From IMG/VR virus record IMGVR_UViG_3300008117_000099: a DNA stretch of 30,783 nt; one strand, given 5' to 3'. Source of the DNA: an uncultured virus (IMG/VR IMGVR_UViG_3300008117_000099) (taxonomy: Duplodnaviria; Heunggongvirae; Uroviricota; Caudoviricetes). Of the stretch, positions 15,106 through 24,608 are shown in pieces. A program made the position numbers and the translations under genes. Every line of letters starts with the position of its first letter. Position 1 is the stretch's first letter. Under the pieces are notes generated by a model, which was not told the DNA's origin, did not search any database, and was given only the letters and a program-made list of their open reading frames with translations.

Positions 15106-15384
15106 ATGGCAATCAAGTACAACTTCAAGCATGAGATTGATAACGACAAGAAACGTTATTACAAGTTCAACATCGCAAAGAACCTAGAGAAAGGTGGCTC
15201 ATGGCATGCGTCGTACGTCGTGACCAACCGCGAAGGTTCAATGACAGAAGTTGGTTCAGAAGCCTTTTCAAGTTCCGCACCTGCCAAGCGTTGGTGTGCT
15301 GGTCTTGTTGGTCGTAGCCGTCTCGGTTGGGACGTAGCGGAAAACAAGATGAGCATGACTTCAGCGATTGACGTGAAGTTATGA
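15106..15384 (+). CDS. hypothetical protein
   Basis: ATG 15106 after AAGGA, in frame with track ORF 15076..15384. Confidence 0.75.
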   Translation: MAIKYNFKHEIDNDKKRYYKFNIAKNLEKGGSWHASYVVTNREGSMTEVGSEAFSSSAPAKRWCAGLVGRSRLGWDVAENKMSMTSAIDVKL

Positions 15385-15482
15385 GCCACATAATCCCTCA
15401 GCCTGATTGGGGTCGTCCGTCACCCGATATTCCTGACGAAGAAATCTACGATGACGAAGAGTTTGAGGACGACGATGACTAG
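15381..15482 (+). CDS. 33-aa very acidic peptide (not in ORF track)
   Basis: MSHIIPQPDWGRPSPDIPDEEIYDDEEFEDDDD; ATGA coupling. Confidence 0.65.
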   Translation: MSHIIPQPDWGRPSPDIPDEEIYDDEEFEDDDD

Positions 15483-15702
15483 TGGAAATTATTATGGCAA
15501 GCACAACTGGACTAGTAGAAAGAAACAGTTAGAGAATAACTACTACAACAGTGAGCCACCATGCCGTTGTAATACAAAGCATAAATTAGTCATAGCCGTA
15601 CATAACGGAGAGATAGAGATTATTGGTAAACCTACTAACCTAGAGGTTTCTATCCTTAACTTGGACAAGGAACTCAAACGTGACGACGACACTGAAGATT
15701 AA
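15475..15702 (+). CDS. hypothetical protein
   Basis: ATG 15475 after GAGG, in frame with track ORF 15451..15702. Confidence 0.6.
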   Translation: MTSGNYYGKHNWTSRKKQLENNYYNSEPPCRCNTKHKLVIAVHNGEIEIIGKPTNLEVSILNLDKELKRDDDTED

Positions 15703-16036
15703 AGATTACGATAACTGCGTGTTTGATGAGGAAGGTCAGCCAATTACCATCAAGGCTTGGTCACAGCACTCAGCAGACTCGCTTAAATACTATCGAGAGA
15801 GCGTAGTTAACGGTTTTACTATTAGAACCTATTGGACTGGCGTAGATATGCCACACCCAGCTCGGCTAACTCCGCAGTTTAATTACTCTCGGTGGACTCC
15901 AAACGACCCACCTTTAATATTTGAAGGCGTCGTGTATGACCAAGACATGCTTCCAATTTACCGGGGCCGGTATACAGACCGAGACCAAGCGTATGTTGAG
16001 CACTCTCAATTATTAAAGGAGTATAAAAAGAAATGA
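15680..16036 (+). CDS. hypothetical protein
   Basis: 118 aa, GTG start after AAGGA. Confidence 0.75.
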   Translation: MTTTLKIKDYDNCVFDEEGQPITIKAWSQHSADSLKYYRESVVNGFTIRTYWTGVDMPHPARLTPQFNYSRWTPNDPPLIFEGVVYDQDMLPIYRGRYTDRDQAYVEHSQLLKEYKKK

Positions 16037-16200
16037 AATGCCAAGTACCCACATGCAACAGCGAAGAGATTATTTATAGCGGGGTAGACGCCTTTGTACT
16101 CGGTGTCCCAACAGAGCAAATCTGCTATTCCTGTGCCAATATCTACAATCAAGTAATCGGAGTCAAAGAGAAGTACGACAGCCGAGCAACCTCAAACTAA
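16033..16200 (+). CDS. 55-aa Zn-finger-like protein (not in ORF track)
   Basis: MKCQVPTCNSEEII...ICYSCANIYNQ...; AAGGAG RBS, ATGA coupling. Confidence 0.7.
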   Translation: MKCQVPTCNSEEIIYSGVDAFVLGVPTEQICYSCANIYNQVIGVKEKYDSRATSN

Positions 16201-16255
16201 AAAATTACCCCCAGCATTAAATCTAGGCAGAGACCTATAATGCTGGGGGCTTTTT
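16199..16255. terminator. bidirectional terminator between convergent blocks
   Basis: CCCCCAGCATTA...TAATGCTGGGGG 12-bp stem flanked by an A run and a T run. Confidence 0.8.
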
Positions 16256-16256
16256 A

Positions 16257-18287
16257 TTATTGATTGTCTTTAATTAATTTAACTTCGCAAGCGTCAGTCG
16301 TACAGTAGGCTTCACCAATCGCATCCGCCGCCATACCTGCGTAGACGCCCGAGAAATCAATTGGAAATAATTTCATTGTCGCTTCCTCGTATTCCTCAGC
16401 AGTAATCTGCGTGTATGGCATTTGAGGGTAGACAGTGTTTCCCATAGGCAAGAAAGAGATGGTCTTTAACTGACCGTCGTGCATGTGGAGAATTGAAGGG
16501 ATTGCCTCTGACTCTTTCTCAGGGTCGAAGGTAACAGTTACCGATACTGAGTTATCAGACCAGTAGCGTTGGGTAACAACTGCGAGAGAAACCTTTTCGT
16601 AAACCGAAACTTCTTTCTCAGCACGCTTGGCTTCAGTCTTGATTGGGAAGAACACAACGCTTGTAGTGTCAGGTGATTCAGAGGCAGGTTCAACTCGATA
16701 CTGAGCAAGTTTGAACAACGGAAGCATGGGGTCACTGTTGGCAAAACGGATAGCACGATTGAAGAACTTACCGCCCGAAGCCCAGTGGACTCCAGGGGAT
16801 TCACCAGCAAGAATTGAAACTGTGCCTGAAGGCTTGACAGTAGTCATCTTGATTGACGGACGAATACCAAGCCACTCTGAGTATGACTCATCGTACTTCT
16901 TTACAGTTTCGTATCCACCATCTAGCCAGTCACGCAACACAGTCCAGCCATTGTTGTCTGCAAAGTTAGCGATACCTGAGATTGAGGTTCCAATACGACG
17001 ATTGCGTTGCATGATTGCGTTTGTCTCTTCCCAGTGTGTAGGGAGCAGAGTTACAGTCTTGGCGTATAGATACGCAAACTTCAAGGTGCGCTTGAAATCT
17101 TCCAAGTTCTCATGGCGGTTCAAGTACGTCTCTACCAAGGTACAGCACTCAAAGCTTTCGAGTGATTGCTCAGCGCATGGGTTATACCCAGCAATACGCC
17201 AATCTTTATTATTAGGCGGGTCAATCAAACGGCCGTACTTTCGTGATACGTCCATCCAGACAACTCCAGGCTCTCCGTTACGAACGATACCGTCAATAAT
17301 ATTTGAGAAGTCTGAGCCGACCTTGGCTTCTACAGAGTTGTTAGACATCCAGGCCCATCCCGGAGTTTTAGGGTCGTACGAGTTACGCTCAGGAAACTTA
17401 TCAGCGTTCTTCAAGTTTAAAAACTCTTGGTCATCAATCTGGCCAATGAGCAACTCAGCGGAGCGACGGACGTTACCGCTTACAACACAAACCCCGATGA
17501 GGTTGCCAATATCAGCAATATCCACTCGGGTTAACTTCTCCCCTGCCCGACCCGCAAATATTTTACGGATGTAATTATGGAGTTTTACGAGTGGTTCTGG
17601 TCCTGCTGCGGTTCCTCCGAAGGTTTTGATTGGCGTCCCTGCTGGTCTAATTTCTTCGTAACGAAATACTGGAGCCTTCGTATCTGGTCGGAGGTAAGCA
17701 TTGATGAGAGCGGATGTGGAATCGACCCATCCTTCTCGGGTGTCGGGGATGACATATTGTTCTCCTTCTTGTGGTTCATAGATGGTGAAGTCTTTGGTTG
17801 CACCCTTGTCGTCAAACCCAACTCCTACGCCCAACATGCTGGCTTCCATTAGAAAGGCAAACGGCTTGGCTGGGTTGTTCTTGGTCATCTCCATTGTGGA
17901 TACAAAGGCGCAATTCTGTAAAGCGGCCGAGTTCTTCTGTTCATTGACTAGGGGTGTACCCATGACCCAAAGCCCGCGTCCTGGAGGTGTCCACTTCAAG
18001 TTGAACAGGCGGTCAAATGCTTCCTTGGCTGAGGCTTGTGCCTTGGCGTCTGACCATGGAAGGCGTTGGGTTTTGGCGTGGTCTTTCTGCAGGGAGTACA
18101 TGCCATTGATGACACGCTCACATACATCCACCCAAGTCTCTTTGGTTCCATCCGCTTTTAGTCTGGAGTATGTGCGTAAAAATGTAATCTCTCCGACCGA
18201 ATTTCCAGCCGCATCTTGGTATCCCCAAGGGACTTTCTTACCCTTATATGTGGCTACAAAATCTTCTGCTAAATGGAACGAAAGCAT
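16257..18287 (-). CDS. nrdJ: class II (adenosylcobalamin-dependent, monomeric RTPR-type) ribonucleotide reductase
   Basis: RTYSR, PPGRGLW, NCAF, GNVRRSAE, NPCAEQSL...CCTLVE, TTVKPSGT, C-terminal CTTDAC; AAAGGGAG RBS favours ATG 18287 (track start 18317). Confidence 0.93.
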   Translation of the reverse strand: MLSFHLAEDFVATYKGKKVPWGYQDAAGNSVGEITFLRTYSRLKADGTKETWVDVCERVINGMYSLQKDHAKTQRLPWSDAKAQASAKEAFDRLFNLKWTPPGRGLWVMGTPLVNEQKNSAALQNCAFVSTMEMTKNNPAKPFAFLMEASMLGVGVGFDDKGATKDFTIYEPQEGEQYVIPDTREGWVDSTSALINAYLRPDTKAPVFRYEEIRPAGTPIKTFGGTAAGPEPLVKLHNYIRKIFAGRAGEKLTRVDIADIGNLIGVCVVSGNVRRSAELLIGQIDDQEFLNLKNADKFPERNSYDPKTPGWAWMSNNSVEAKVGSDFSNIIDGIVRNGEPGVVWMDVSRKYGRLIDPPNNKDWRIAGYNPCAEQSLESFECCTLVETYLNRHENLEDFKRTLKFAYLYAKTVTLLPTHWEETNAIMQRNRRIGTSISGIANFADNNGWTVLRDWLDGGYETVKKYDESYSEWLGIRPSIKMTTVKPSGTVSILAGESPGVHWASGGKFFNRAIRFANSDPMLPLFKLAQYRVEPASESPDTTSVVFFPIKTEAKRAEKEVSVYEKVSLAVVTQRYWSDNSVSVTVTFDPEKESEAIPSILHMHDGQLKTISFLPMGNTVYPQMPYTQITAEEYEEATMKLFPIDFSGVYAGMAADAIGEAYCTTDACEVKLIKDNQ

Positions 18288-18345
18288 GCTCTCCCTTTCA
18301 AAAATAGGTAATGCCAATTCATGGGTTGAATTGGCTTCTTATATA

Positions 18346-19827
18346 CTAATTGTCTTCTATAGAACTTTGGATAATCTTAGTGGTCTGCTCCTCGTTCAGT
18401 CCATTATTAGGTAACTCTTTGAGGGCTTGCGCCTTGTCTCCAAAGATTGCAGACAGGACTCCACCAGTTCCTTGACGCTCAACAGTCATGCGAATAAACT
18501 CGCGGGAATCATCCAATTCCTTAACTGTTTTGATGAGTTTGAATAGTCTATCAATTTCTTGCGAAACATTTGGGTCAGCGTAACCGCCGTTCATTTCTTC
18601 GCTAAAACGCATGAAAGCTACCCTTTGACCCTGCATTTCAATGATTGCGTTAATCAAACTCTTAAGTTGTTCTTTAGTCTTAACCTCTACTGGCAGGTTA
18701 AAAGCACACGCAGATTGGGGCTTAAACGCTGGGCAGTTAGCGGCTACAAAGCATGTATCGCACTGACGTAACGTGGCGGATTGTGACCTAACAACAGGTA
18801 CTTCTTTAATGACATCATGACCCTGTTCATCCTGTTCAACAACGCTCTTATACTCGTATCCAAACACTGGAAGTGGTCCCATTTCATCGGGATTACGGGG
18901 TTCAACTTTCCGCATGCCAACACCCTTCTTATCAACATTGGCAAGGGTAGTTTCCGCGTTAGTATCATCGTCATGATTATCGCTATTAGTATATAACTCG
19001 TCATCCGAGCCGCTATGGTTCATCATGTTTATCTTAGTCTCCATCTGCTCGTATGACCAGATTGCCAATCGGCAAACTTCTTGGGGGTCGTCGGCTAATA
19101 TCTTGTCGACATCAAGCCATGCCTTCTCGTATATCTGGCGGTATCTAGAACGTGCCTGTTCTTTCATCCGTTTTGGGTATCGTACTAGACGTGTGCCATC
19201 CCAGACAATTGTCTCACCGTGAGTCATCGGCGACAACCAGGAAAGGGTTGAGGCTGACTCAAATATTATCTGGCGTAAATTGTCAGGTTTTGCACATCCA
19301 ATTGCATGGAACCGGGTGCCGTGCCTCCGTTGAATCATTCGGCTATCGGATGCTAACCAGGTCATTTCCTCTATGGTTTCACCTGGTATGCCAATGTCTA
19401 AATATTTTTGCGCCATCTCATTTAGCCCGCGTTTACCGCTAGATGGGTCCCAGACCGGCAAAAACTTTGCCGGCGGTAGTTGGGACCAGGCGGTCTTTCG
19501 CTGTACCTCTATGAACTCCGGGCTTAGGCCAGGGTGAATGACCTCTGAGAACAGGGTAATACGGTCAATATTATTAGCAATAAATTCTTCGTAGTCGGCG
19601 GCAAACTGCTCGAGCTCATCCAGGCTTAACTGTTGATTACGGGGGATTCCAGCATGGACAAATATTTTCATGCTCTCTGGAAAATAATTAGATAGCAAAT
19701 ACGCCTTGGTTTTAGGCAACCCGCGCTTGACCAGCCGCCAGTAGCTCACGCCAACCTCTGTAGCTCCAGCTGACTCCAGAAGGGTTCTATTACTAGGGAC
19801 CTCGGCCCCCAAATATATTATTTTCAT
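18346..19827 (-). CDS. TGT/queuine-tRNA-ribosyltransferase-like barrel (degenerate) with C-terminal CxxC...CP...C domain
   Basis: VSY, VHAG, LPVW, IGIP, FHAIG, FESASTLSW parallel the DSG/PVxH/HxxG/SxDSTSW motif order of phage TGT-like proteins; CDTCFVAANCPAFKPQSAC. The CDS is certain, the function tentative. Confidence 0.5.
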   Translation of the reverse strand: MKIIYLGAEVPSNRTLLESAGATEVGVSYWRLVKRGLPKTKAYLLSNYFPESMKIFVHAGIPRNQQLSLDELEQFAADYEEFIANNIDRITLFSEVIHPGLSPEFIEVQRKTAWSQLPPAKFLPVWDPSSGKRGLNEMAQKYLDIGIPGETIEEMTWLASDSRMIQRRHGTRFHAIGCAKPDNLRQIIFESASTLSWLSPMTHGETIVWDGTRLVRYPKRMKEQARSRYRQIYEKAWLDVDKILADDPQEVCRLAIWSYEQMETKINMMNHSGSDDELYTNSDNHDDDTNAETTLANVDKKGVGMRKVEPRNPDEMGPLPVFGYEYKSVVEQDEQGHDVIKEVPVVRSQSATLRQCDTCFVAANCPAFKPQSACAFNLPVEVKTKEQLKSLINAIIEMQGQRVAFMRFSEEMNGGYADPNVSQEIDRLFKLIKTVKELDDSREFIRMTVERQGTGGVLSAIFGDKAQALKELPNNGLNEEQTTKIIQSSIEDN

Positions 19828-20279
19828 ACCCTTGGGTCTTCTAAATATAGTTCCTGCTGCTTGTCTAGCTCAGCTTGGATATCTATCCAGCTCTTGCGGC
19901 CCTCTTTGCTGTCGGGGCGCGATGCAGGGTCTAAATAGTATGGGTCTAATAATAAAAGGGTTCTAAACCCTCTTTCTAACAATTCTTTAGCTGTCTCCGT
20001 ATCGGCAACAATCACCAGGTCTACTGGTCCTTGAGAACGAACGTACTCTGCCTGACTTACCAACGGGTTATTGTGGAAATCTGGGACGTCGGTACCGATT
20101 AGGTCGTCAAACTTGCCAAGGTTGTTTTCCTTTAACCAACGCTCAGCCTCTGTCTTGTCCGTACAGATTATAAATATCTTTTGCGTTGTTTTTAGGGTGC
20201 GGTAAAGCGCAACGCTTTCTCTGATGGGTACTTTCTTTTTAGTTCTAAGTACTCCGTCTATGTACATCAGTAGTGCCAC
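19824..20279 (-). CDS. HAD-superfamily-like protein (degenerate motif I)
   Basis: N-terminal LMYIDGVL (cf. DxDGxL), WL...L..FDDL, later VAD. Confidence 0.5.
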   Translation of the reverse strand: MALLMYIDGVLRTKKKVPIRESVALYRTLKTTQKIFIICTDKTEAERWLKENNLGKFDDLIGTDVPDFHNNPLVSQAEYVRSQGPVDLVIVADTETAKELLERGFRTLLLLDPYYLDPASRPDSKEGRKSWIDIQAELDKQQELYLEDPRV

Positions 20280-20291
20280 GAATATTCCTGT

Positions 20292-21221
20292 CTATTCTCG
20301 AATCATTGCCCGTCTAATTAATACGTCAGCACTTGGTAACTCTACACCGTATGTACTAACTTCTGTTGCTTTCTTTGACTCATCAGTTAAATCTTTTAAC
20401 TTTCTCAACGCAGGTATTACACCAGAGTCTTTATTGGCTTGCCACCTGTAGTTTGCAAAATCAGAATAACCTTCGCCAGCCTCACTAAATGCTGACTTTC
20501 GTCCCTGATGGATGTCTTCAAATAACGCAGTGCCTTGCGTTGCAGCCAGAAAAATTTCACGCTCTGCGTTTACTCGCATTGCATCGTTCTGTGCGGCTTG
20601 TAGTTTATTCAACGCCTGTGTATATCTACTAAGGATGTCCAACGCCATCATGCGGTCCCTATTTACTTTTAGGTCCCAATCTTGTCGATGTTCCGCTGAA
20701 GACTGCACAGGTTCTACTGTCCAATCATCATCTGTCAACGAATAAGCGGCATATGGTTTAATCTTTGTTATATCGCTTTGAACGTTTACATAAAATGTAA
20801 GTTCAAACGAACCCAAAAAGTTTTTGGTGTCCTCTTGTAATTCGTTTCTAAATCCTTCGTTTAACATTGACGCAACTTCTTTGTCACTGAACCCTCGATA
20901 GTTTGGATTAGACATTCTAAACTGTTCGTAGTTTATCCCTATCAAACAATCCAGGTCGGCAGGCTCTCGCTCTGCTGCCCATTGATGTGACACGCCTGAA
21001 CCAGCTAACCAAACATGTGACCATGACTCAGCTGCGTTATATTTATTATTGAGGTGACCAAACAACGAGGCCAAGACTGCGTTTCTAACACTTGGGACTA
21101 TATGATTATTGCGAAATAGACGGGGGTCAAGTCCAAGTTGAGGCTTGCTGAAGTATGACGAATCGCCTCGGGTAAGTTCTACGGGTTCTGCTTTGTTAGA
21201 TAATGCCTCATGAAAGTCCAT
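20292..21221 (-). CDS. Pol-beta-superfamily nucleotidyltransferase
   Basis: LAGSGVS...ADLDCLI (GS-x-DxD) and a later ELTFYV; leaderless start TAAGAT-N7-ATG. Confidence 0.7.
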   Translation of the reverse strand: MDFHEALSNKAEPVELTRGDSSYFSKPQLGLDPRLFRNNHIVPSVRNAVLASLFGHLNNKYNAAESWSHVWLAGSGVSHQWAAEREPADLDCLIGINYEQFRMSNPNYRGFSDKEVASMLNEGFRNELQEDTKNFLGSFELTFYVNVQSDITKIKPYAAYSLTDDDWTVEPVQSSAEHRQDWDLKVNRDRMMALDILSRYTQALNKLQAAQNDAMRVNAEREIFLAATQGTALFEDIHQGRKSAFSEAGEGYSDFANYRWQANKDSGVIPALRKLKDLTDESKKATEVSTYGVELPSADVLIRRAMIRE

Positions 21222-21239
21222 AAGGCTTATCTTACTTGA

Positions 21240-21443
21240 TTATTCTTTTTCCCTACGTTTAATCTCTGGCGCGACGTCGTATCGTTTTGTTTTTTCTGGC
21301 GAATCAGTGTTCAATGGATTCATAAATCCACATACACGATGCGCTTCAACGAACGAATTCGCCCAAGTAAGCATTAAAGTATCTGCGTCTTCTACTTCGG
21401 CCTGAAATGAGGCCATGCAGTTGCAAGACATTTCAATAAACAT
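21240..21443 (-). CDS. small Zn-binding hypothetical protein
   Basis: Likely start ATG 21443 (MFIEMSCNC...HRVC) after AGGGGTG. Confidence 0.65.
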   Translation of the reverse strand: MFIEMSCNCMASFQAEVEDADTLMLTWANSFVEAHRVCGFMNPLNTDSPEKTKRYDVAPEIKRREKE

Positions 21444-21459
21444 TCCAACACCCCTGTCG

Positions 21460-21741
21460 TTACAGGATATCCCTGTTGACCAAAGACTGCCGTATCGCAG
21501 CCACTTTGCGCTGGCTATCCTCGGAGGAATTTTCGTGAATTTTATTAAAAACCCGCTGAGCCAGGTCATCGGCAGCCATGGCGTCCAATAAATCCCGGAA
21601 TCCCTGCTTCATGTCAGTACGGTTGGCCAGCCTCTCGACCATAAATTCGGACCCCAACTCGTGGGTGGCATGGAAGGAGCCGTCAAAGGACTTGACCACG
21701 ATGAAGGCTGTCTCAAAATCTGGCAATGTTTCTTCGCTCAT
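21460..21741 (-). CDS. hypothetical protein
   Basis: 93 aa, ATGA coupling. Confidence 0.75.
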   Translation of the reverse strand: MSEETLPDFETAFIVVKSFDGSFHATHELGSEFMVERLANRTDMKQGFRDLLDAMAADDLAQRVFNKIHENSSEDSQRKVAAIRQSLVNRDIL

Positions 21742-22271
21742 TTGTACATTCCCTTCTGCTCATTGTGCTTTTTCATGTTGTAGGACTTGACTGGGCAAAA
21801 ATCGCATAAATAAATCTTTGGAGCCCGGGACTCTCCAAGACCTTCCGCCTTACGTTCCTTTGCGGTATCGGGCTTTAATATTTTTCTATCGGACTTATAG
21901 TCACTGCATTGCCCAATTGGACGGTTATGCAGGGCGTAACAGTTCATCGCATCTTCTTGGAAGGTGGACTTGGTGTCGTAGAACTTAGTTCCAAATACGT
22001 CAAGGCCAGCCGAGCCCTCTTGAATTTGCTTCATGATGGAGGCTTTGACGTCTGGACGCATCCAGTACTTTACGGGAAACTTAAATAACAAACCTGTGTG
22101 TGGAGCAGGTTGTTGATGGCGTTCGACGGTAATTTGCAATAAAACATCGTCGTCTGGGTGACCTTCCCAATCGGGAAGTTCTTCCGCGGTCTTACAATTA
22201 CGGCATACGAGCAGCCGTATCTGCGGTTCTTTTGTTTCTTTGGTCGCAATATCCTTGAGATTGTCCGCCAT
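21738..22271 (-). CDS. hypothetical protein with CxxC motifs
   Basis: 177 aa, AGGAG RBS; CRNC, C...H...C, CDFC. Confidence 0.8.
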   Translation of the reverse strand: MADNLKDIATKETKEPQIRLLVCRNCKTAEELPDWEGHPDDDVLLQITVERHQQPAPHTGLLFKFPVKYWMRPDVKASIMKQIQEGSAGLDVFGTKFYDTKSTFQEDAMNCYALHNRPIGQCSDYKSDRKILKPDTAKERKAEGLGESRAPKIYLCDFCPVKSYNMKKHNEQKGMYK

Positions 22272-22308
22272 TTTATGCTCCTAATCAGTGAGACGAATTA
22301 ATACTAAC

Positions 22309-22794
22309 TTATTGTCCTTTGTTACGCCAAACGTCTACATTTGAAACGGTGCACTTGCCTTCAGCGCAGGTTGCGTCATCTCCACTGAAGCTTACAGTAT
22401 TGTCGCACCCGCTGTTTCCACATGGCATCTCTGAGCCGTGAGGAATGATGGCTCTTGTAGGGTTAGTCATACCCTTATTAGCCTTGATACCTTGCGCGAT
22501 ATTCCACGCTGAGTTGCGAGCGGCTTCTTTCTTTGGACCTCTTGGGGCTGATTTAAATGAACTAATTGCTGTGTTCAATGCCTTTAATTCTTCGTGTGTT
22601 CCTTCACGATTAAACTTTTTGTTTCCCCATGTTTGGTCAATCTCATTAAAAATAGCGCGGTTCTTTGCTGCACGAGCTGAGGCTTCAGAATCAAGCTGGT
22701 CTTGGCTTGGACGACTTGAACGTAGCTGAGGACTAGCGTCCATGCTGCTTACGTCTCTTAAATCAGATTCGTCAGGAACAAATTCTTTTGCCAT
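22309..22794 (-). CDS. hypothetical protein with C-terminal four-Cys motif
   Basis: 161 aa, TAATG coupling, GGAGG RBS. Confidence 0.8.
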   Translation of the reverse strand: MAKEFVPDESDLRDVSSMDASPQLRSSRPSQDQLDSEASARAAKNRAIFNEIDQTWGNKKFNREGTHEELKALNTAISSFKSAPRGPKKEAARNSAWNIAQGIKANKGMTNPTRAIIPHGSEMPCGNSGCDNTVSFSGDDATCAEGKCTVSNVDVWRNKGQ

Positions 22795-23024
22795 TACTTT
22801 TTGCCTCCGATACCTCTAGTGCCTTTAAACTTTGCTGCAGTACCGCCTTCGTATGCTCGGACATCTACATGTCCTTTTCCTGGAACTTCTAAAGCGTTGT
22901 CTCTATAGTTTGGATTAGCAATTGCACGACCACCAGTGGTGTCGTAGTTGCTCCAACCTAATGCTTTACCCATATCTTTTAATACACGGGTTTCGTCTTT
23001 TTCTCGGCGGCGTGGAAGTTTCAT
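22794..23024 (-). CDS. basic hypothetical protein
   Basis: 76 aa, TAATG coupling, AGGAG RBS. Confidence 0.75.
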   Translation of the reverse strand: MKLPRRREKDETRVLKDMGKALGWSNYDTTGGRAIANPNYRDNALEVPGKGHVDVRAYEGGTAAKFKGTRGIGGKK

Positions 23025-23233
23025 TAATTTGCTCCTGGGTTGACCTTACTTGGTTCTTCTGAATTAATAAAACCATAATTCATGTAAGGGTGCAATCCAG
23101 CACGGTTCTTCATTACAGTTTGGTCTCCCATTCCTGGGGCTACTGTTGTATTAGGACGACGCTTGCGATACTTACCGTCGGTTGCGCCTTCCAACATATC
23201 AGCGTTCTCTGAGCGTACTTTACGAACGGTCAT
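23024..23233 (-). CDS. hypothetical protein
   Basis: 69 aa, coupled at both ends. Confidence 0.75.
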   Translation of the reverse strand: MTVRKVRSENADMLEGATDGKYRKRRPNTTVAPGMGDQTVMKNRAGLHPYMNYGFINSEEPSKVNPGAN

Positions 23234-23460
23234 TCTGCCATCCTATTCTTTACTAGTTTGCTCGCTTTGACTCGTGAGCAGTGCGTGCAATGGTCGTTGG
23301 TCATAGCCAAGTATGGGTTAATGGATTTTCCACAGCCCTTGCATGCCTTGGCACCATTGTATTGGGTTTCTTTCAAATTTTGTTGCGTTTCTAAGGAAAT
23401 ATCTGTAGCTCCGGCCATACCCTCACCGGTAGCGTCTGTGAATAGTCCTGGGTCCTTCAT
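23230..23460 (-). CDS. Zn-finger hypothetical protein
   Basis: CKGC...CTHC. Confidence 0.75.
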   Translation of the reverse strand: MKDPGLFTDATGEGMAGATDISLETQQNLKETQYNGAKACKGCGKSINPYLAMTNDHCTHCSRVKASKLVKNRMAE

Positions 23461-23467
23461 TTGTTTA

Positions 23468-23689
23468 TCAACGCCTCTGCATATTTCTTGTTTGCTCTTC
23501 TGGGGTTACCACTGGGCTGTGATTTGGGTGACCAACTGGCCACGCACTTACCCAACCATGCTTTTCTTTGTAAGCAGTTTTAGTAATAATTTCAGTATCT
23601 CTGCTTGGCATTTGTTGGCTAGTTCTATCTGGCTCTGTTCGGTACTCAGGAACGCGTCGTGAGTCATTAGCTCTATCTGGAGGATTCAT
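23468..23689 (-). CDS. hypothetical protein
   Basis: 73 aa, operon packing. Confidence 0.7.
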   Translation of the reverse strand: MNPPDRANDSRRVPEYRTEPDRTSQQMPSRDTEIITKTAYKEKHGWVSAWPVGHPNHSPVVTPEEQTRNMQRR

Positions 23690-23691
23690 TT

Positions 23692-24048
23692 TTATACCTG
23701 TCCTAACGTATTTCGGCTGGTTCCCTGCTGACTGTTTGGAGTGTTGGAGTAGTCAGACTCAACACGCTGTCCACCAGCACGTCCACCAAGCTCAACAATA
23801 TCTTGAATTCCTATTTCTGTAGTGACATACCCGTATCTATCTGGGAATAGGTCTATCTGCGGCAGGTTTGGGCGCACGTACTCTTGAATCTCTTCGCTTG
23901 TCATAGCGCCAACGGCCAAAGCTTGACCAAGTAAACGGTCGTTGTTTCCTTGAAATGGGCCTAGATATGCCTGAGGTGGGTATGCGCCTTCTTCTGGTGC
24001 TATCCACGGACGATTTGAATAAACGCCGTTTGCGTATTTACCTGGCAT
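23692..24048 (-). CDS. hypothetical protein
   Basis: 118 aa, GGAG RBS. Confidence 0.8.
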   Translation of the reverse strand: MPGKYANGVYSNRPWIAPEEGAYPPQAYLGPFQGNNDRLLGQALAVGAMTSEEIQEYVRPNLPQIDLFPDRYGYVTTEIGIQDIVELGGRAGGQRVESDYSNTPNSQQGTSRNTLGQV

Positions 24049-24051
24049 TAG

Positions 24052-24585
24052 TTATCTCCACTGTGGACGCATGCGTGCCATTTGGTCTTGGCGTGCTGCG
24101 TTAACTAGAACAGGCGAATCGCTACGAGCGGTTGGTCCTGTTTTTCCATCATTTGGTAGGTGTGGTGCTGGAGCAATTAACGCATCGTACACGTAACGTG
24201 AAACAGGTACGCCTTTGTTTGCGGCTTTAATCTGACGCATAACTCCACGTTCGCGTTCTAAACCTTTTGGATAATAATAATCAGACGAATCAATTCGTTC
24301 GCCTCTGTGCACACCACGTTGGTAGCTGCGTTGTCCAACGCGAGCTTTCAAACCATCAAGGACTTTATCTGATGCGCTAGAAGGACGGCCACGGTCATCA
24401 CGACGTGAACGAATAGTTCCTAAATAACCATCTGGATATTCTGCTTGTGGCGCACGACCAACACCCATGCGTAAAAAGTCCATGTCGGAACGTGCGACTG
24501 GAACACCACCGCCACCATAGTTGGTATAGGTACCCGCAAGCCCGCCACCGCCTAGGTTTTGGGTATTTTGATGTGGATTAGGCAT
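24052..24585 (-). CDS. Arg/Gly-rich hypothetical protein
   Basis: 177 aa; leaderless start TATCAT-N6-ATG. Confidence 0.8.
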   Translation of the reverse strand: MPNPHQNTQNLGGGGLAGTYTNYGGGGVPVARSDMDFLRMGVGRAPQAEYPDGYLGTIRSRRDDRGRPSSASDKVLDGLKARVGQRSYQRGVHRGERIDSSDYYYPKGLERERGVMRQIKAANKGVPVSRYVYDALIAPAPHLPNDGKTGPTARSDSPVLVNAARQDQMARMRPQWR

Positions 24586-24608
24586 ACCTAAATGATACGC
24601 CTAAATGC

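Noticed and set aside
18288..18345. Cobalamin riboswitch upstream of nrdJ
   Set aside because: The intergenic space is under 60 nt and shows no B12-box-like sequence.
16711..18414. Long plus-strand ORFs (287 aa and 210 aa)
   Set aside because: They are antisense shadows of nrdJ with no recognisable motifs.
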